In this document: piece after piece, positions 39,245-48,711 of the stretch | Position numbering within the stretch: position 1 is the first letter of the stretch | How the letters are laid out: every line of letters begins with the position of its first letter | Origin: Acidaminococcales bacterium | GTDB lineage: Bacteria; Bacillota; Negativicutes; Acidaminococcales; JAISLQ01 | NCBI GenBank assembly: GCA_031290885.1 | Contig: JAISLQ010000075.1 | Span: forward strand, 41,670-105,669 | Length of the DNA: 64,000 bases | Direction: 5' to 3' | Translations under genes and position numbers: made by a program | The notes under the pieces: generated by a model | The model's input: the letters and a program-made list of their open reading frames with translations, nothing else | Told to the model about the DNA's origin: nothing | Databases searched by the model: none

Positions 39245-39562
39245 TCATTTGGAGTTGATCTTTGCTAGTCCTTGATGCCCTGTGCCGACCTCAAGTACGG
39301 TTCCCGATTTCGCGTATGCGCCGCCTTCCTTGAAAAGACGCAAATCTGCCCGGTTGCCGTTGGCAAACGCAAGGCAGAGAACCTTGCCGTCCGCTTTGTT
39401 GACTACGGCCCGTGTTTCACATCGTGCCGCTTTTCCGCTTATGAAATAGATATGATCTCCACCATTTTCGCAAATGTTGTACGCTTTGCCCCTGTCAGAC
39501 GCCGAAAATCCTGACTGGATAGTTTGACTGTTTCTTCGTATTTCATATAATGAGCATATCAC
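39245..39562 (-). pseudogene. degenerate internal fragment of a DDE transposase
   Basis: SGKAARCETRAVVNKADGKVLCLAFANGNRADLRLFKEGG...LEVGTGHQGL parallels the recalled YSGKKKRHT..K.QVVVD..TG.I....F..G..HDF.LFK.S......ADxGYQG pattern. Catalytic residues are replaced (HD to AD, D to G) and there are no flanking ends. Confidence 0.5.
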
Positions 39563-39848
39563 ATTTTTGGTTGCGCAGGAAGTCTATTGTCTGCATAGCT
39601 CTGATTGACTTCTTTGTTTGATCGATTTTTGTAGATTTGCGTTCCCGTGGCGAAAATCACCCCTTTGTTGCCCGTCGGCTCGTCAAGATGGCGGCATTTC
39701 CGAAACGCTTTGTCAAGGGATTAAATGACGCTTTCGTGCGAATGCCGAAAGTTTGTAGCATTGCACAATAAGAGCTTCGTGGGACGAGGCGTTTATTTCG
39801 CATTTTACTGATTGCGGTTCACTCTGCGAACAAAGTCGATTTGGGTGC

Positions 39849-39877
39849 TTGACATAAATTATAGCATCTGTTATAAC
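39849..39877 (+). promoter_or_regulatory. promoter TTGACA-17 nt-TATAAC for the XRE-hsd operon
   Basis: Hexamers at 39849-39854 and 39872-39877 with a counted 17-nt spacer. The spacer and -10 contain the inverted repeat TTATA-N8-TATAA. Confidence 0.5.
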
Positions 39878-39901
39878 CTATTCTTGAGGTGGTGGATAAT
39901 C

Positions 39902-40120
39902 ATGACGATCGCCGAGATTCTCAAAGCAATGCGCAATGAACTGAGCATTTCACAGGAAATGCTTGCGCGTGACTTGACCGTTAGCTTCGCAACGCTCAAT
40001 CGTTGGGAGAACCGGCGCGCCAACCCGAGCCGCCTCGCAATGTCGAAGCTCAAAGAATACGCCGCAAAGAGTGGTGTTTCAGATACGATTGTGGCGGAGC
40101 TTAACCGTATTCGCACATAA
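39902..40120 (+). CDS. XRE-family helix-turn-helix protein (72 aa)
   Basis: ISQEMLARDLTVSFATLNRWENRRANP is a classic Cro/C1 HTH. The ATG follows GAGGTGGTGG. Confidence 0.8.
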   Translation: MTIAEILKAMRNELSISQEMLARDLTVSFATLNRWENRRANPSRLAMSKLKEYAAKSGVSDTIVAELNRIRT

Positions 40121-40139
40121 CATGCGGAGGGATAAACCT

Positions 40140-41966
40140 ATGGACACAGCAACCTACAACTCAATCGTGAGTTTCATTTGGGGCATCGCCGACGACTGTC
40201 TCCGTGATGTTTATGTGCGCGGCAAGTACCGCGATGTTATCTTGCCGATGACCGTCATTCGCCGCCTCGATGCTGTGCTTGAAGCGACTAAAGATGACGT
40301 ACTGAAAATGAAGAAGATGCTCGACGACTCCGGCATTGTCAATCAGACCGAGGCACTCTGCAACGCCGCGAAACAGTCATTTTGCAACGCTTCGCCGTTC
40401 AAGCTGAAAGACCTTGCAAACCGCGCCGGCCGGCAGAAACTGAAAGCGGACTTTTTAGTATACCTTAACGGTTTTTCGCCCAATGTTAAGGAGATACTGA
40501 AAAAGTTCAAGTTTGCCGTACAGGTGGACACGATGTCCGAAGCCGGCATTCTCGGCGCGGTGATAGAAAAATTCGTGTTGCCGACTGTAAATCTTGGCCC
40601 TTACCCTGTGCTTGACGACATCGGCGGCATAAAGATACCCGCGCTTGACAATCACACGATGGGGACGGTGTTCGAGGAGCTTATACGCCGCTTCAACGAG
40701 GAAAACAACGAGGAAGCCGGGGAACACTTCACGCCGCGTGACGTGGTGGAGCTTATGGCAGACCTTGTGTTTGTGCCGATTGCCGACAAAATCAAAGACT
40801 CGACCTATTCCTGCTACGACGGCGCAAGCGGCACGGGCGGTATGCTCATGGTGTCGCAGGGACGGCTTGCCGACATTGCGCAAAAGAGTGGCAAGAGCGT
40901 GTCCATTCACCTGTTCGGGCAGGAGGTAAACCCCGAAACATTCGCAATCACCCGCGCCGATATGCTGCTCAAAGGCGAGGGCGGCGAATCTGGCAACATC
41001 GCCTATGGCTCGACGCTTGCGGACGACCGCTTTCCAAGCCGCAGCTTTGACTTTATGCTCTCCAACCCACCTTACGGCAAGAGCTGGAAAACAGACGCGG
41101 AAAAAATGGGCGGCAAGAAAGGCATACTTGACACGCGCTTTGTTACGCAGTTCAAGGACGACCCGGAGTTTTCTATGATACCGCGCACAAGCGACGGCCA
41201 GCTTATGTTCCTGTTGAACAACATCAGCAAGATGAAGCACGACACCGAGCTTGGCTCGCGCATTGCCGAAGTTCACAACGGCTCAAGCCTGTTTACGGGC
41301 GACGCTGGGCAAGGCGAGAGCAACGCTCGCCGCTATATGATTGAAAACGACCTCGTGGAAGCGATTATCGCCCTTCCTGAAAATATGTTCTACAACACCG
41401 GAATCGGCACGTTTATTTGGGTGCTGTCTAACCGAAAGACCCCGCAACGGCGCGGCAAACTGCAACTGATTGACGCAACTTCGTTCAAGTCGCCGCTGAA
41501 GAAGAATCTCGGCAAGCGCAACTGCGAGCTTACGCCGGACGACCGCAAACGCATACTCGACCTGTTCCTCAATATGACCGAGAACGAGCACAGCCGCGTG
41601 TTTGACAACTCCGAGTTTGGCTATTGGAAAGTGACCGTCCTGCAACCGCAGCTTGACGGGAGCGACAAGCCGCTCCGCGATAAGAAAGGCGCTTTTGTCG
41701 TCGATAAGGACAAAACCGACACGGAGCAAGTCCCGTTTGCATACCCCGGCGGTGTCGAAGCGTTTATCGAGAACGAAGTGAAGCCCTACGCGCCGCTTGC
41801 GTGGATGGACGAGAAGCAGACGAAAATCGGGTATGAAATTAGCTTCACCAAGTATTTCTACAAGCCTGTGGAACTGCGTCCGCTTGCTGAAATCACCGCC
41901 GACATTCTCGCGCTTGAACGCGAAACGGCAGGACTGTTGAGTGAGATTTTGGGGGTAGGGGTATAA
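40140..41966 (+). CDS. hsdM: type I restriction-modification system methyltransferase subunit
   Basis: An HsdM N-terminal domain, DGASGTGGM (motif I) and NPPYGKSW (motif IV). The ATG follows GGAGG. Confidence 0.92.
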   Translation: MDTATYNSIVSFIWGIADDCLRDVYVRGKYRDVILPMTVIRRLDAVLEATKDDVLKMKKMLDDSGIVNQTEALCNAAKQSFCNASPFKLKDLANRAGRQKLKADFLVYLNGFSPNVKEILKKFKFAVQVDTMSEAGILGAVIEKFVLPTVNLGPYPVLDDIGGIKIPALDNHTMGTVFEELIRRFNEENNEEAGEHFTPRDVVELMADLVFVPIADKIKDSTYSCYDGASGTGGMLMVSQGRLADIAQKSGKSVSIHLFGQEVNPETFAITRADMLLKGEGGESGNIAYGSTLADDRFPSRSFDFMLSNPPYGKSWKTDAEKMGGKKGILDTRFVTQFKDDPEFSMIPRTSDGQLMFLLNNISKMKHDTELGSRIAEVHNGSSLFTGDAGQGESNARRYMIENDLVEAIIALPENMFYNTGIGTFIWVLSNRKTPQRRGKLQLIDATSFKSPLKKNLGKRNCELTPDDRKRILDLFLNMTENEHSRVFDNSEFGYWKVTVLQPQLDGSDKPLRDKKGAFVVDKDKTDTEQVPFAYPGGVEAFIENEVKPYAPLAWMDEKQTKIGYEISFTKYFYKPVELRPLAEITADILALERETAGLLSEILGVGV

Positions 41967-43246
41967 TGTGGTTCGGCATACTGCCCAAGCATTGGGATAC
42001 AACTCGCCTTGCTAGCGTGTTTACCGAGCGGAACGAAAAGGTTAGCGATGCAGAGTATGCGCCACTATCTGTAACAAAGAATGGCATACTACCGCAACTT
42101 GCTCGCGCCGCAAAGACAGACAATGGCGATAACAGAAAACGTGTATGCGTTGGCGACTTCGTGATAAACAGCCGCTCCGACCGCAAAGGCAGTAGCGGCG
42201 TCTCTACGTTTGACGGGTCTGTGTCGCTGATAAACATGGCCCTTGTATTGCGCGGCAGTTATGACCTGCAATATCTGCACCACCTATTGAAAAGCCACGA
42301 CTTTATAGAGGAATATTATCGTATGGGACGCGGCATAGTTGCGGACTTGTGGACTACACGTTTCAGCGAGATGAAAACGATACAACTCCCCCTCCCGCCC
42401 CTTGTCGAGCAGAATCAAATCGTGCAATACCTCGACTGGCAGACCTCTCGACTGAACACGCTTATCAACGCCCGCAAGCGGCAGGTTGCGCTCCTGCGCG
42501 AGGCGAAGCAAGCGGCGATTAACGAGGCGGTGACACGCAGGGACGAGGGGTGGCAAGATATAAGCCTTGGCAATCTCGGTAACTTCCGTAAAGGATTTGG
42601 CGGTTCGCGCACCGATGATGACGAAAACGGTGTGGCATGTATTCGCTACGGTGACATATATCGGACTGGCAAAATGATACTTGTCGAGCCGATAACGAGA
42701 ATCAAAGATAGCGCAAAGGATTTCTATGCGCGAATTCAACGGTTGGAGTTGCTGTTTGCTTTGTCCGGTGAAACCAAAGAAGAAATCGGGCAAGCATTGG
42801 TAAACGACATTGCCGCAGACACTTGGACGAGCGGAGACGCGGCTATATTTACCTGCAACAACAGCATACGGCCTATGTTCTTGACATACGCTTTGCGCTG
42901 TCCTTACATTCTGAAACAGCGGGTTTCACGCGCAAAGGGTGACATTATCGTTCACATATCTGTAAGCGCATTGCGGCAATTACGACTGCTTGTACCGCCG
43001 ATTTCAGAGCAAGAGGAAATTGTGGCGAATCTCAATAAGCAATGTATGGCGTATGACAGCGCAATATCCGCCATTGAGAATGAAAACTCCCTCCTCGCCG
43101 AGTACCGCACACGGCTTATCAGCGACGTCGTCACGGGCAAGATTGACGTTCGCGGCGTCGCCGTCCCGGAGTATGAGCGAGTCGAAGCGTTGAACGAGGT
43201 TGAAGACGCGGAAGAAGTACAGGAGGATACTGAAAATGCCGACTAA
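41966..43246 (+). CDS. hsdS: type I restriction-modification system specificity subunit
   Basis: 426 aa with two target-recognition halves separated by conserved coiled-coil spacers (LPPLVEQNQIV, PPISEQEEIV). TAATG overlap with hsdM. Confidence 0.9.
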   Translation: MWFGILPKHWDTTRLASVFTERNEKVSDAEYAPLSVTKNGILPQLARAAKTDNGDNRKRVCVGDFVINSRSDRKGSSGVSTFDGSVSLINMALVLRGSYDLQYLHHLLKSHDFIEEYYRMGRGIVADLWTTRFSEMKTIQLPLPPLVEQNQIVQYLDWQTSRLNTLINARKRQVALLREAKQAAINEAVTRRDEGWQDISLGNLGNFRKGFGGSRTDDDENGVACIRYGDIYRTGKMILVEPITRIKDSAKDFYARIQRLELLFALSGETKEEIGQALVNDIAADTWTSGDAAIFTCNNSIRPMFLTYALRCPYILKQRVSRAKGDIIVHISVSALRQLRLLVPPISEQEEIVANLNKQCMAYDSAISAIENENSLLAEYRTRLISDVVTGKIDVRGVAVPEYERVEALNEVEDAEEVQEDTENAD

Positions 43247-46190
43247 CACACAGGAATCGGGACTTGAAAGCCTAATCGTTGACTGGCTCGTAGTGCATAA
43301 CGGTTTCGAGCAGGGCGTAAGCGCGGACTATAACCGCGAGTACGCCGTTGACGAGTTGCGCATGTTGCGCTTTCTTGAAACGACGCAACCGAAGCAGTAC
43401 GGGCAACTTGGGCTTGACGGCGCGGGGATGAAACGACTACAATTCCTTGACCGGCTGCGCGGCGAAATCGCCAAGCGCGGCATTGTTGACGTTTTCCGCA
43501 ACGGGATAAGGATTTACCCCGCCAGCCTTGTGATGTTCTATATGACGCCATCGGAGAAGAACACGAAAGCGGCGGAGCAGTTTGAGCGGAACATATTCAG
43601 CGTGACGCGGCAGTTGCGGTATTCGCAGGGCAATACGAAACTCGCGCTTGACCTTTGTCTGTTCATTAACGGCTTGCCTGTTATCACCTGCGAACTCAAA
43701 AATCAGCTTACGAAGCAGGACGTTGACGATGCGGTGTACCAGTACAAGACCGACCGCGACCCGAAAGAGCTATTGTTCCAGTTCAAACGCTGTATGGTAC
43801 ACTTCGCCGTTGACGATGCGCGGGTGAAGTTCTGCACACGGCTCTCCGGCAAATCGTCGTGGTTTCTGCCGTTTAACAAGGGCTATAACGATGGCGCGGG
43901 CAACCCGCCCAATCCCGACGGCATTATGACCGATTACCTGTGGAAAGACATTTTTACTAAGCGCGAGCTTGCGAACATTATAGAGAATTACGCGCAAGTG
44001 GTTTCTGAGAAGAACGAGGACACAGGCAGGACAAGCGAAAAGCAGATATTCCCGCGCTATCACCAGCTTGCCGTAGTCAAGGCGTTGCTTTCCGATGTCC
44101 GCAAAAACGGCGTAGGTCAGCGGTATCTGATACAGCACAGCGCGGGTAGCGGAAAGTCCAACTCCATAGCGTGGCTCGCGCATCAGTTTGTCGGGCTTGA
44201 GGTCAGCGGCGCGAATGTTGTTGACTCCGTGATTGTCGTCACCGACCGCGTGAACCTCGACAAGCAAATCCGCGACACAATCAAGCAGTTTATGCAGGTG
44301 TCGAATACCGTGGCGTGGGCGGAACACTCCGGCGATCTCCGCGCCGCTATCACGGGCGGAAAGAAGATTATCATTACGACCGTTCACAAGTTCCCGCTAA
44401 TCCTCAACTACATAGGCTCGGAGCATAAGCGCCGCAAGTTTGCGATTATCATTGACGAGGCGCACAGCAGTCAAAGCGGCAGCATGTCCACTAAGATGAA
44501 CCTCGCGCTCGGCGGCTGCTATGACCCGAACGACGATGTGGAGGACAAGATTAACAAGCTCGTTGAGGGGCGTAAAATGCTAACAAACGCGAGCTACTTT
44601 GCGTTCACCGCCACGCCGAAGAACAAGACTTTGGAGATGTTCGGCGTTCCTGTGCAGCAGGGCGACGGCACGGTTCACCATAAGCCGTTCCACAACTACT
44701 CGATGAAACAAGCCATTCAGGAGGGCTTTATACTCGACGTCCTGCGCTCCTTCACTCCGATTCAGAGCTATTACAAACTCACTAAGACCATTAGCGAAGA
44801 CCCTAAGTTTGACAAGAAAAAGGCGCAGAAGAAGCTGCGCAAGTTTGTTGAGAGCAACGACTACGCTATCAATCAGAAAGCCGACATAATGGTGGAACAC
44901 TTCCATGAACACGTCGCGCAGAAGATTGGGGGCAAAGCCCGCGCTATGATTGTGACGGCGGGGATTGAACGCGCCATTGACTATTTCCACGCCGTCAATC
45001 GTTGTCTTGAAGCACGAAAAAGCCCGTACAAGGCGATAGTCGCGTTCAGCGGCGATAAGGAATATGGTGGCGTAACCATAAACGAAGCCGCGCTTAACGG
45101 CTTTCCGAGTAACGCCATACCCGGCAAGTTCAAGGAAGGACCATACCGTTTCTTGATTGTCGCGGATAAGTTCCAAACAGGCTATGACGAACCGCTTTTG
45201 CACACGATGTATGTTGATAAAATTCTAAGTGACATTAAAGCGGTGCAAACCCTTTCTCGGTTGAACCGCGCAATGCAGGGCAAGTTAGATACCTTTGTGC
45301 TTGACTTTGCCAATGACCCTGACGACATACAAGAGTCATTCTCGCGCTATTACCGCACAACGATGCTTTCAGGCGAGACCGACCCGAACAAGCTATATGA
45401 CCTCATAGCGGTTATGGAAGCTCACCAAGTTTACACAAAGTATCACATTGACACATTCGTTGACCTGTACCTAAACGGCGCGGAGCGCGACAAACTCGAC
45501 CCGATACTTGATGTATGCACGAACCTATACAAACGGCTTGACGAGAACGCGCAAGTTGAGTTCAAGTCGTCGGCTAAGGCGTTTGTCCGCACCTATGGTT
45601 TCTTGGGCGCAATACTGCCGCATGGCAATGCCGAATGGGAGAAACTATCTATATTCCTCAACCTGCTTCTGCCTAAGTTGCCGTCGCCCATTGAGGAAGA
45701 CCTTTCGCAAGGCATAATAAACGCTATTGACCTCGACAGCTATCGCGCCGTAGCCAAAGAACAGATGGCGATTCAGCTTGAAGACGCCGATGCAACCGTT
45801 GAACCTGTTCCGACCGGAAAGGTTGCGGGAAAGGGTGAGCCGGAGCTTGACTTGTTATCGACCATTCTCTCCAATTTCAATGACCTATTCGGCAACATTG
45901 ACTGGAAAGACGCCGACAATATCAGGCGGCAAATCGCAGAGATTCCGGGTATGGTTGCGAAAGACCAAACCTATCAGAACGCAATGAAAAACGCCGACAA
46001 GCAGGAAGCCCGCACCGAGAGCGACCGCGTCCTGCAAAGAGTGGTTATGAGCATAATGTCCGACAATATGGAGCTTTTCAAGCAATTCAACGACAATCCG
46101 CCATTCCGCAAGTGGTTACAGGATATGGTGTTCTCTATGACTTACGACAGCAATTCTGATAGAATGAAACCTGCGGAAATGAGAGATTAG
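43236..46190 (+). CDS. hsdR: type I restriction endonuclease subunit R
   Basis: N-terminal PD-ExK nuclease (LDL...CELK), SAGSGKS Walker A and a IIIDEAHSSQ DEAH box. AGGAGG RBS, overlapping the hsdS stop. Confidence 0.92.
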   Translation: MPTNTQESGLESLIVDWLVVHNGFEQGVSADYNREYAVDELRMLRFLETTQPKQYGQLGLDGAGMKRLQFLDRLRGEIAKRGIVDVFRNGIRIYPASLVMFYMTPSEKNTKAAEQFERNIFSVTRQLRYSQGNTKLALDLCLFINGLPVITCELKNQLTKQDVDDAVYQYKTDRDPKELLFQFKRCMVHFAVDDARVKFCTRLSGKSSWFLPFNKGYNDGAGNPPNPDGIMTDYLWKDIFTKRELANIIENYAQVVSEKNEDTGRTSEKQIFPRYHQLAVVKALLSDVRKNGVGQRYLIQHSAGSGKSNSIAWLAHQFVGLEVSGANVVDSVIVVTDRVNLDKQIRDTIKQFMQVSNTVAWAEHSGDLRAAITGGKKIIITTVHKFPLILNYIGSEHKRRKFAIIIDEAHSSQSGSMSTKMNLALGGCYDPNDDVEDKINKLVEGRKMLTNASYFAFTATPKNKTLEMFGVPVQQGDGTVHHKPFHNYSMKQAIQEGFILDVLRSFTPIQSYYKLTKTISEDPKFDKKKAQKKLRKFVESNDYAINQKADIMVEHFHEHVAQKIGGKARAMIVTAGIERAIDYFHAVNRCLEARKSPYKAIVAFSGDKEYGGVTINEAALNGFPSNAIPGKFKEGPYRFLIVADKFQTGYDEPLLHTMYVDKILSDIKAVQTLSRLNRAMQGKLDTFVLDFANDPDDIQESFSRYYRTTMLSGETDPNKLYDLIAVMEAHQVYTKYHIDTFVDLYLNGAERDKLDPILDVCTNLYKRLDENAQVEFKSSAKAFVRTYGFLGAILPHGNAEWEKLSIFLNLLLPKLPSPIEEDLSQGIINAIDLDSYRAVAKEQMAIQLEDADATVEPVPTGKVAGKGEPELDLLSTILSNFNDLFGNIDWKDADNIRRQIAEIPGMVAKDQTYQNAMKNADKQEARTESDRVLQRVVMSIMSDNMELFKQFNDNPPFRKWLQDMVFSMTYDSNSDRMKPAEMRD

Positions 46191-46786
46191 CTCCCTCTTC
46201 CCCGCAGGTTTCGTCAGAGTATAAAAATCCGTTTGCGCGGGGCATTCGTGTGCTCTGAACACGGCCACCTCGCGCAAAGCCTTGATTTTACTGCGCTTCT
46301 TTCGTTTTTCTCACTTCGGCGATTATTAGACTTCCTGCGCAACTTAAAATATGATGTACTAATTATAGGAGATACGAAGAAACAGTCAAACTATCCAATC
46401 GGAATTTTCGGCTTCTAACAGGGGCAAAGCGTACGATATTTGCGCAAATAGCGGAGACCCTAACGATTGCAGAAGCGGAAAAGCGGACACAAAAGCAAGC
46501 GGCCAATGCTCTCTGCGATTGAAACGGGGGATTGCGAAATTTATTTTTGGCGATATTAGCTTGATCGCCCTGGCAAACGAGCGAATTGCGGCAAATCGCC
46601 GAAAACGAAGAAATTGTTCACGCTCCCGTGGCAACGCTTATTGACCCAAAGGATGTTTAGTGCTAGTTTGCAAACACGCCCTGATTTGTCCAATTTGACA
46701 GCAAGCAAAAATTCTGCTAACGTATAGACATAACAAAGATTGGAGTTGATAGAGGGTGCGCGGCATTTCTTGCTGATAATTAAAGC

Positions 46787-46970
46787 ATGACGAAATTATG
46801 AAGATAGAGTTTTCATCTGTTTTGTCGTGCCTGCGCAAGAAAGTCGCATGCTCTTTTCGCTCAAATATTGTGCCTTGCCTTGCCCTTATGGGTTGGGCTC
46901 GCTGTGTTTTATGGGCTGCAAGAACTGGCTTTCTTGCAGCTTTCATAATTTTACGGGGAGGGACAAGGCC
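46787..46970 (+). promoter_or_regulatory. leader/attenuator of the ABC-F gene
   Basis: It contains short upstream reading frames, the terminator below and an upstream segment able to compete for the terminator's 3' arm. Confidence 0.5.
46915..46945 (+). terminator. intrinsic terminator just 5' of the ABC-F RBS
   Basis: GCTGCAAGAA-CTGGCT-TTCTTGCAGC (perfect 10 bp) followed by TTTCATAATTTT. Confidence 0.6.
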
Positions 46971-48452
46971 ATGTCGCTTATAAGCGTGTCAAATTTAACC
47001 TTTGCCTACGCGGGCAGTTATGACAACATCTTTGAAAACGTAAACTTTCGGATAGAAACCGACTGGAAATTGGGCTTTATTGGAAGAAACGGCAGGGGCA
47101 AGACTACATTCCTTAACTTGCTGCTTGACAAATATGAGTATGCCGGCAACATTTCCGCAAGTGTCAGTTTTGCGTATTTTCCGTATGATGTGCCGGACAA
47201 GCAAATAAACACAATCGATGCCATAAATAGCATTGGCCATGATTGTTTGGACTGGGAGCTTAGGCGCGAGCTTTCGCTGCTTGAAGTTTCGGACGATATT
47301 TTAAACCGGCGTTTTAACGCTTTATCTGCCGGCGAACAGACAAAAGTATTGCTTGCCGTGCTTTTTCTCAAAGAAAACAGTTTTTTGCTTATTGACGAGC
47401 CGACCAATCATCTTGACATGGCGGGCAGGGCCATTGTAAGCGCTTATTTGAAATCAAAGAAAGGTTTTATTTTGGTCTCGCATGACAGGGCTTTTCTTGA
47501 CAACTGTGTTGACCATATCCTGTCCATCAACAAAACGAATATCGAAATACAGCGGGGCAATTTTTCTTCGTGGCTTCTCAACAAGGAGTGCCAGGACAGC
47601 CAGGAAACCGCTGAAAACGAACGGTTGAAAAAAGACATCAAAAAACTGAATGAAGCCGCAAAACGTACAGCTGCATGGTCTTGCCTGGCCGAAAAAACGA
47701 AACACGGCACACGCAATTCAGGGTTGCGCCCCGACAGAGGCTTCATCGGGCACAAGTCCGCCAAAATGATGAAGCGATCCAAAGCGATTGCAGCACGGCA
47801 GCAGTCCGCAATTGACGATAAATCAGGGTTATGTAAAAATATTGAGAGCGCGGACAACTTAAAAATAACGCAAATGCGCTACCATACAAGCCGTTTGATT
47901 GCTCTTGAAGGCGTTTCTGTTTTCTACGGCGAAAAAACGGCTTGCCAAAACGTCAGTTTTTCGATCGAACAAGGCGACAGAGTTGCCTTGTCCGGCAAAA
48001 ACGGGTCGGGCAAATCAAGCGTCATAAAACTCATTTGCGGCGAGAACATGCAATATACCGGAGTTTTTCACAAAGGCAGCCGGTTGGCCGTTTCCTATGT
48101 TTCTCAGGACACTTCCTTTTTATCGGGAAGCCTGTCCGGTTACGCTTTAAGATGCGGCATTGACGAGAGCCTTTTCAAAGCCATTTTGCGCAAGCTCAAT
48201 TTTTCGAAGGTACAATTTGAAAAGGATATGCGTGATTTCAGCGGCGGACAGAAGAAAAAGGTGCTGATTGCCCAAAGCCTATGCGAAAAAGCCCATTTGC
48301 ATGTTTGGGATGAACCCCTCAATTTCATTGATGTCATATCACGTATGCAGATTGAAAATTTACTGATAGAAAATGCTCCCACTATTTTGTTTGTGGAGCA
48401 TGATAGCGTTTTCTGCGATAATATAGCGACAAAGAAAATCATGCTGAGTTAA
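46971..48452 (+). CDS. ABC-F ribosomal protection protein, Lsa-like (candidate lincosamide/streptogramin A/pleuromutilin resistance)
   Basis: 493 aa with two ABC cassettes (GRNGRGKTT; GKNGSGKSS) and no TM domain. An inter-domain linker is present, and similarity to Lsa(A) as recalled extends along the full length (NWKLGLIGRNGRGKTT, LIDEPTNHLD, ILVSHDR). Confidence 0.8.
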   Translation: MSLISVSNLTFAYAGSYDNIFENVNFRIETDWKLGFIGRNGRGKTTFLNLLLDKYEYAGNISASVSFAYFPYDVPDKQINTIDAINSIGHDCLDWELRRELSLLEVSDDILNRRFNALSAGEQTKVLLAVLFLKENSFLLIDEPTNHLDMAGRAIVSAYLKSKKGFILVSHDRAFLDNCVDHILSINKTNIEIQRGNFSSWLLNKECQDSQETAENERLKKDIKKLNEAAKRTAAWSCLAEKTKHGTRNSGLRPDRGFIGHKSAKMMKRSKAIAARQQSAIDDKSGLCKNIESADNLKITQMRYHTSRLIALEGVSVFYGEKTACQNVSFSIEQGDRVALSGKNGSGKSSVIKLICGENMQYTGVFHKGSRLAVSYVSQDTSFLSGSLSGYALRCGIDESLFKAILRKLNFSKVQFEKDMRDFSGGQKKKVLIAQSLCEKAHLHVWDEPLNFIDVISRMQIENLLIENAPTILFVEHDSVFCDNIATKKIMLS

Positions 48453-48682
48453 ACTAAAGAAATAGCCAAACCAGGCCGCAATGCGCTTTGCGGTTTAATT
48501 ATGCAGAATGGGTCTTTAAAAACAAATTCCGCAATGCCATGCCAAAATGAAACAATACGGGCAGCGCTTCTCGCGGTTATCGTTGTTTTGGTTAGGCGAA
48601 TTGTCTTTGACAAGGCCTAACTGGAAAATGTGCGATGCTTAGACTTGCCATTTACAACGCGTACGGCGAAAATGCAAAATTC

Positions 48683-48711
48683 TTGACAGGCTTGGTTATC
48701 TAACATATAAT
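48683..48711 (+). promoter_or_regulatory. rpmH promoter TTGACA-17 nt-TATAAT
   Basis: Consensus hexamers at 48683-48688 and 48706-48711. Confidence 0.6.

Noticed and set aside
46798-46983. 61-aa ORF overlapping the ABC-F start.
   Set aside because: It has no RBS, a Cys/Leu-rich improbable sequence, and it runs through the attenuator hairpin and the ABC-F RBS. At most its first codons serve as a leader peptide.
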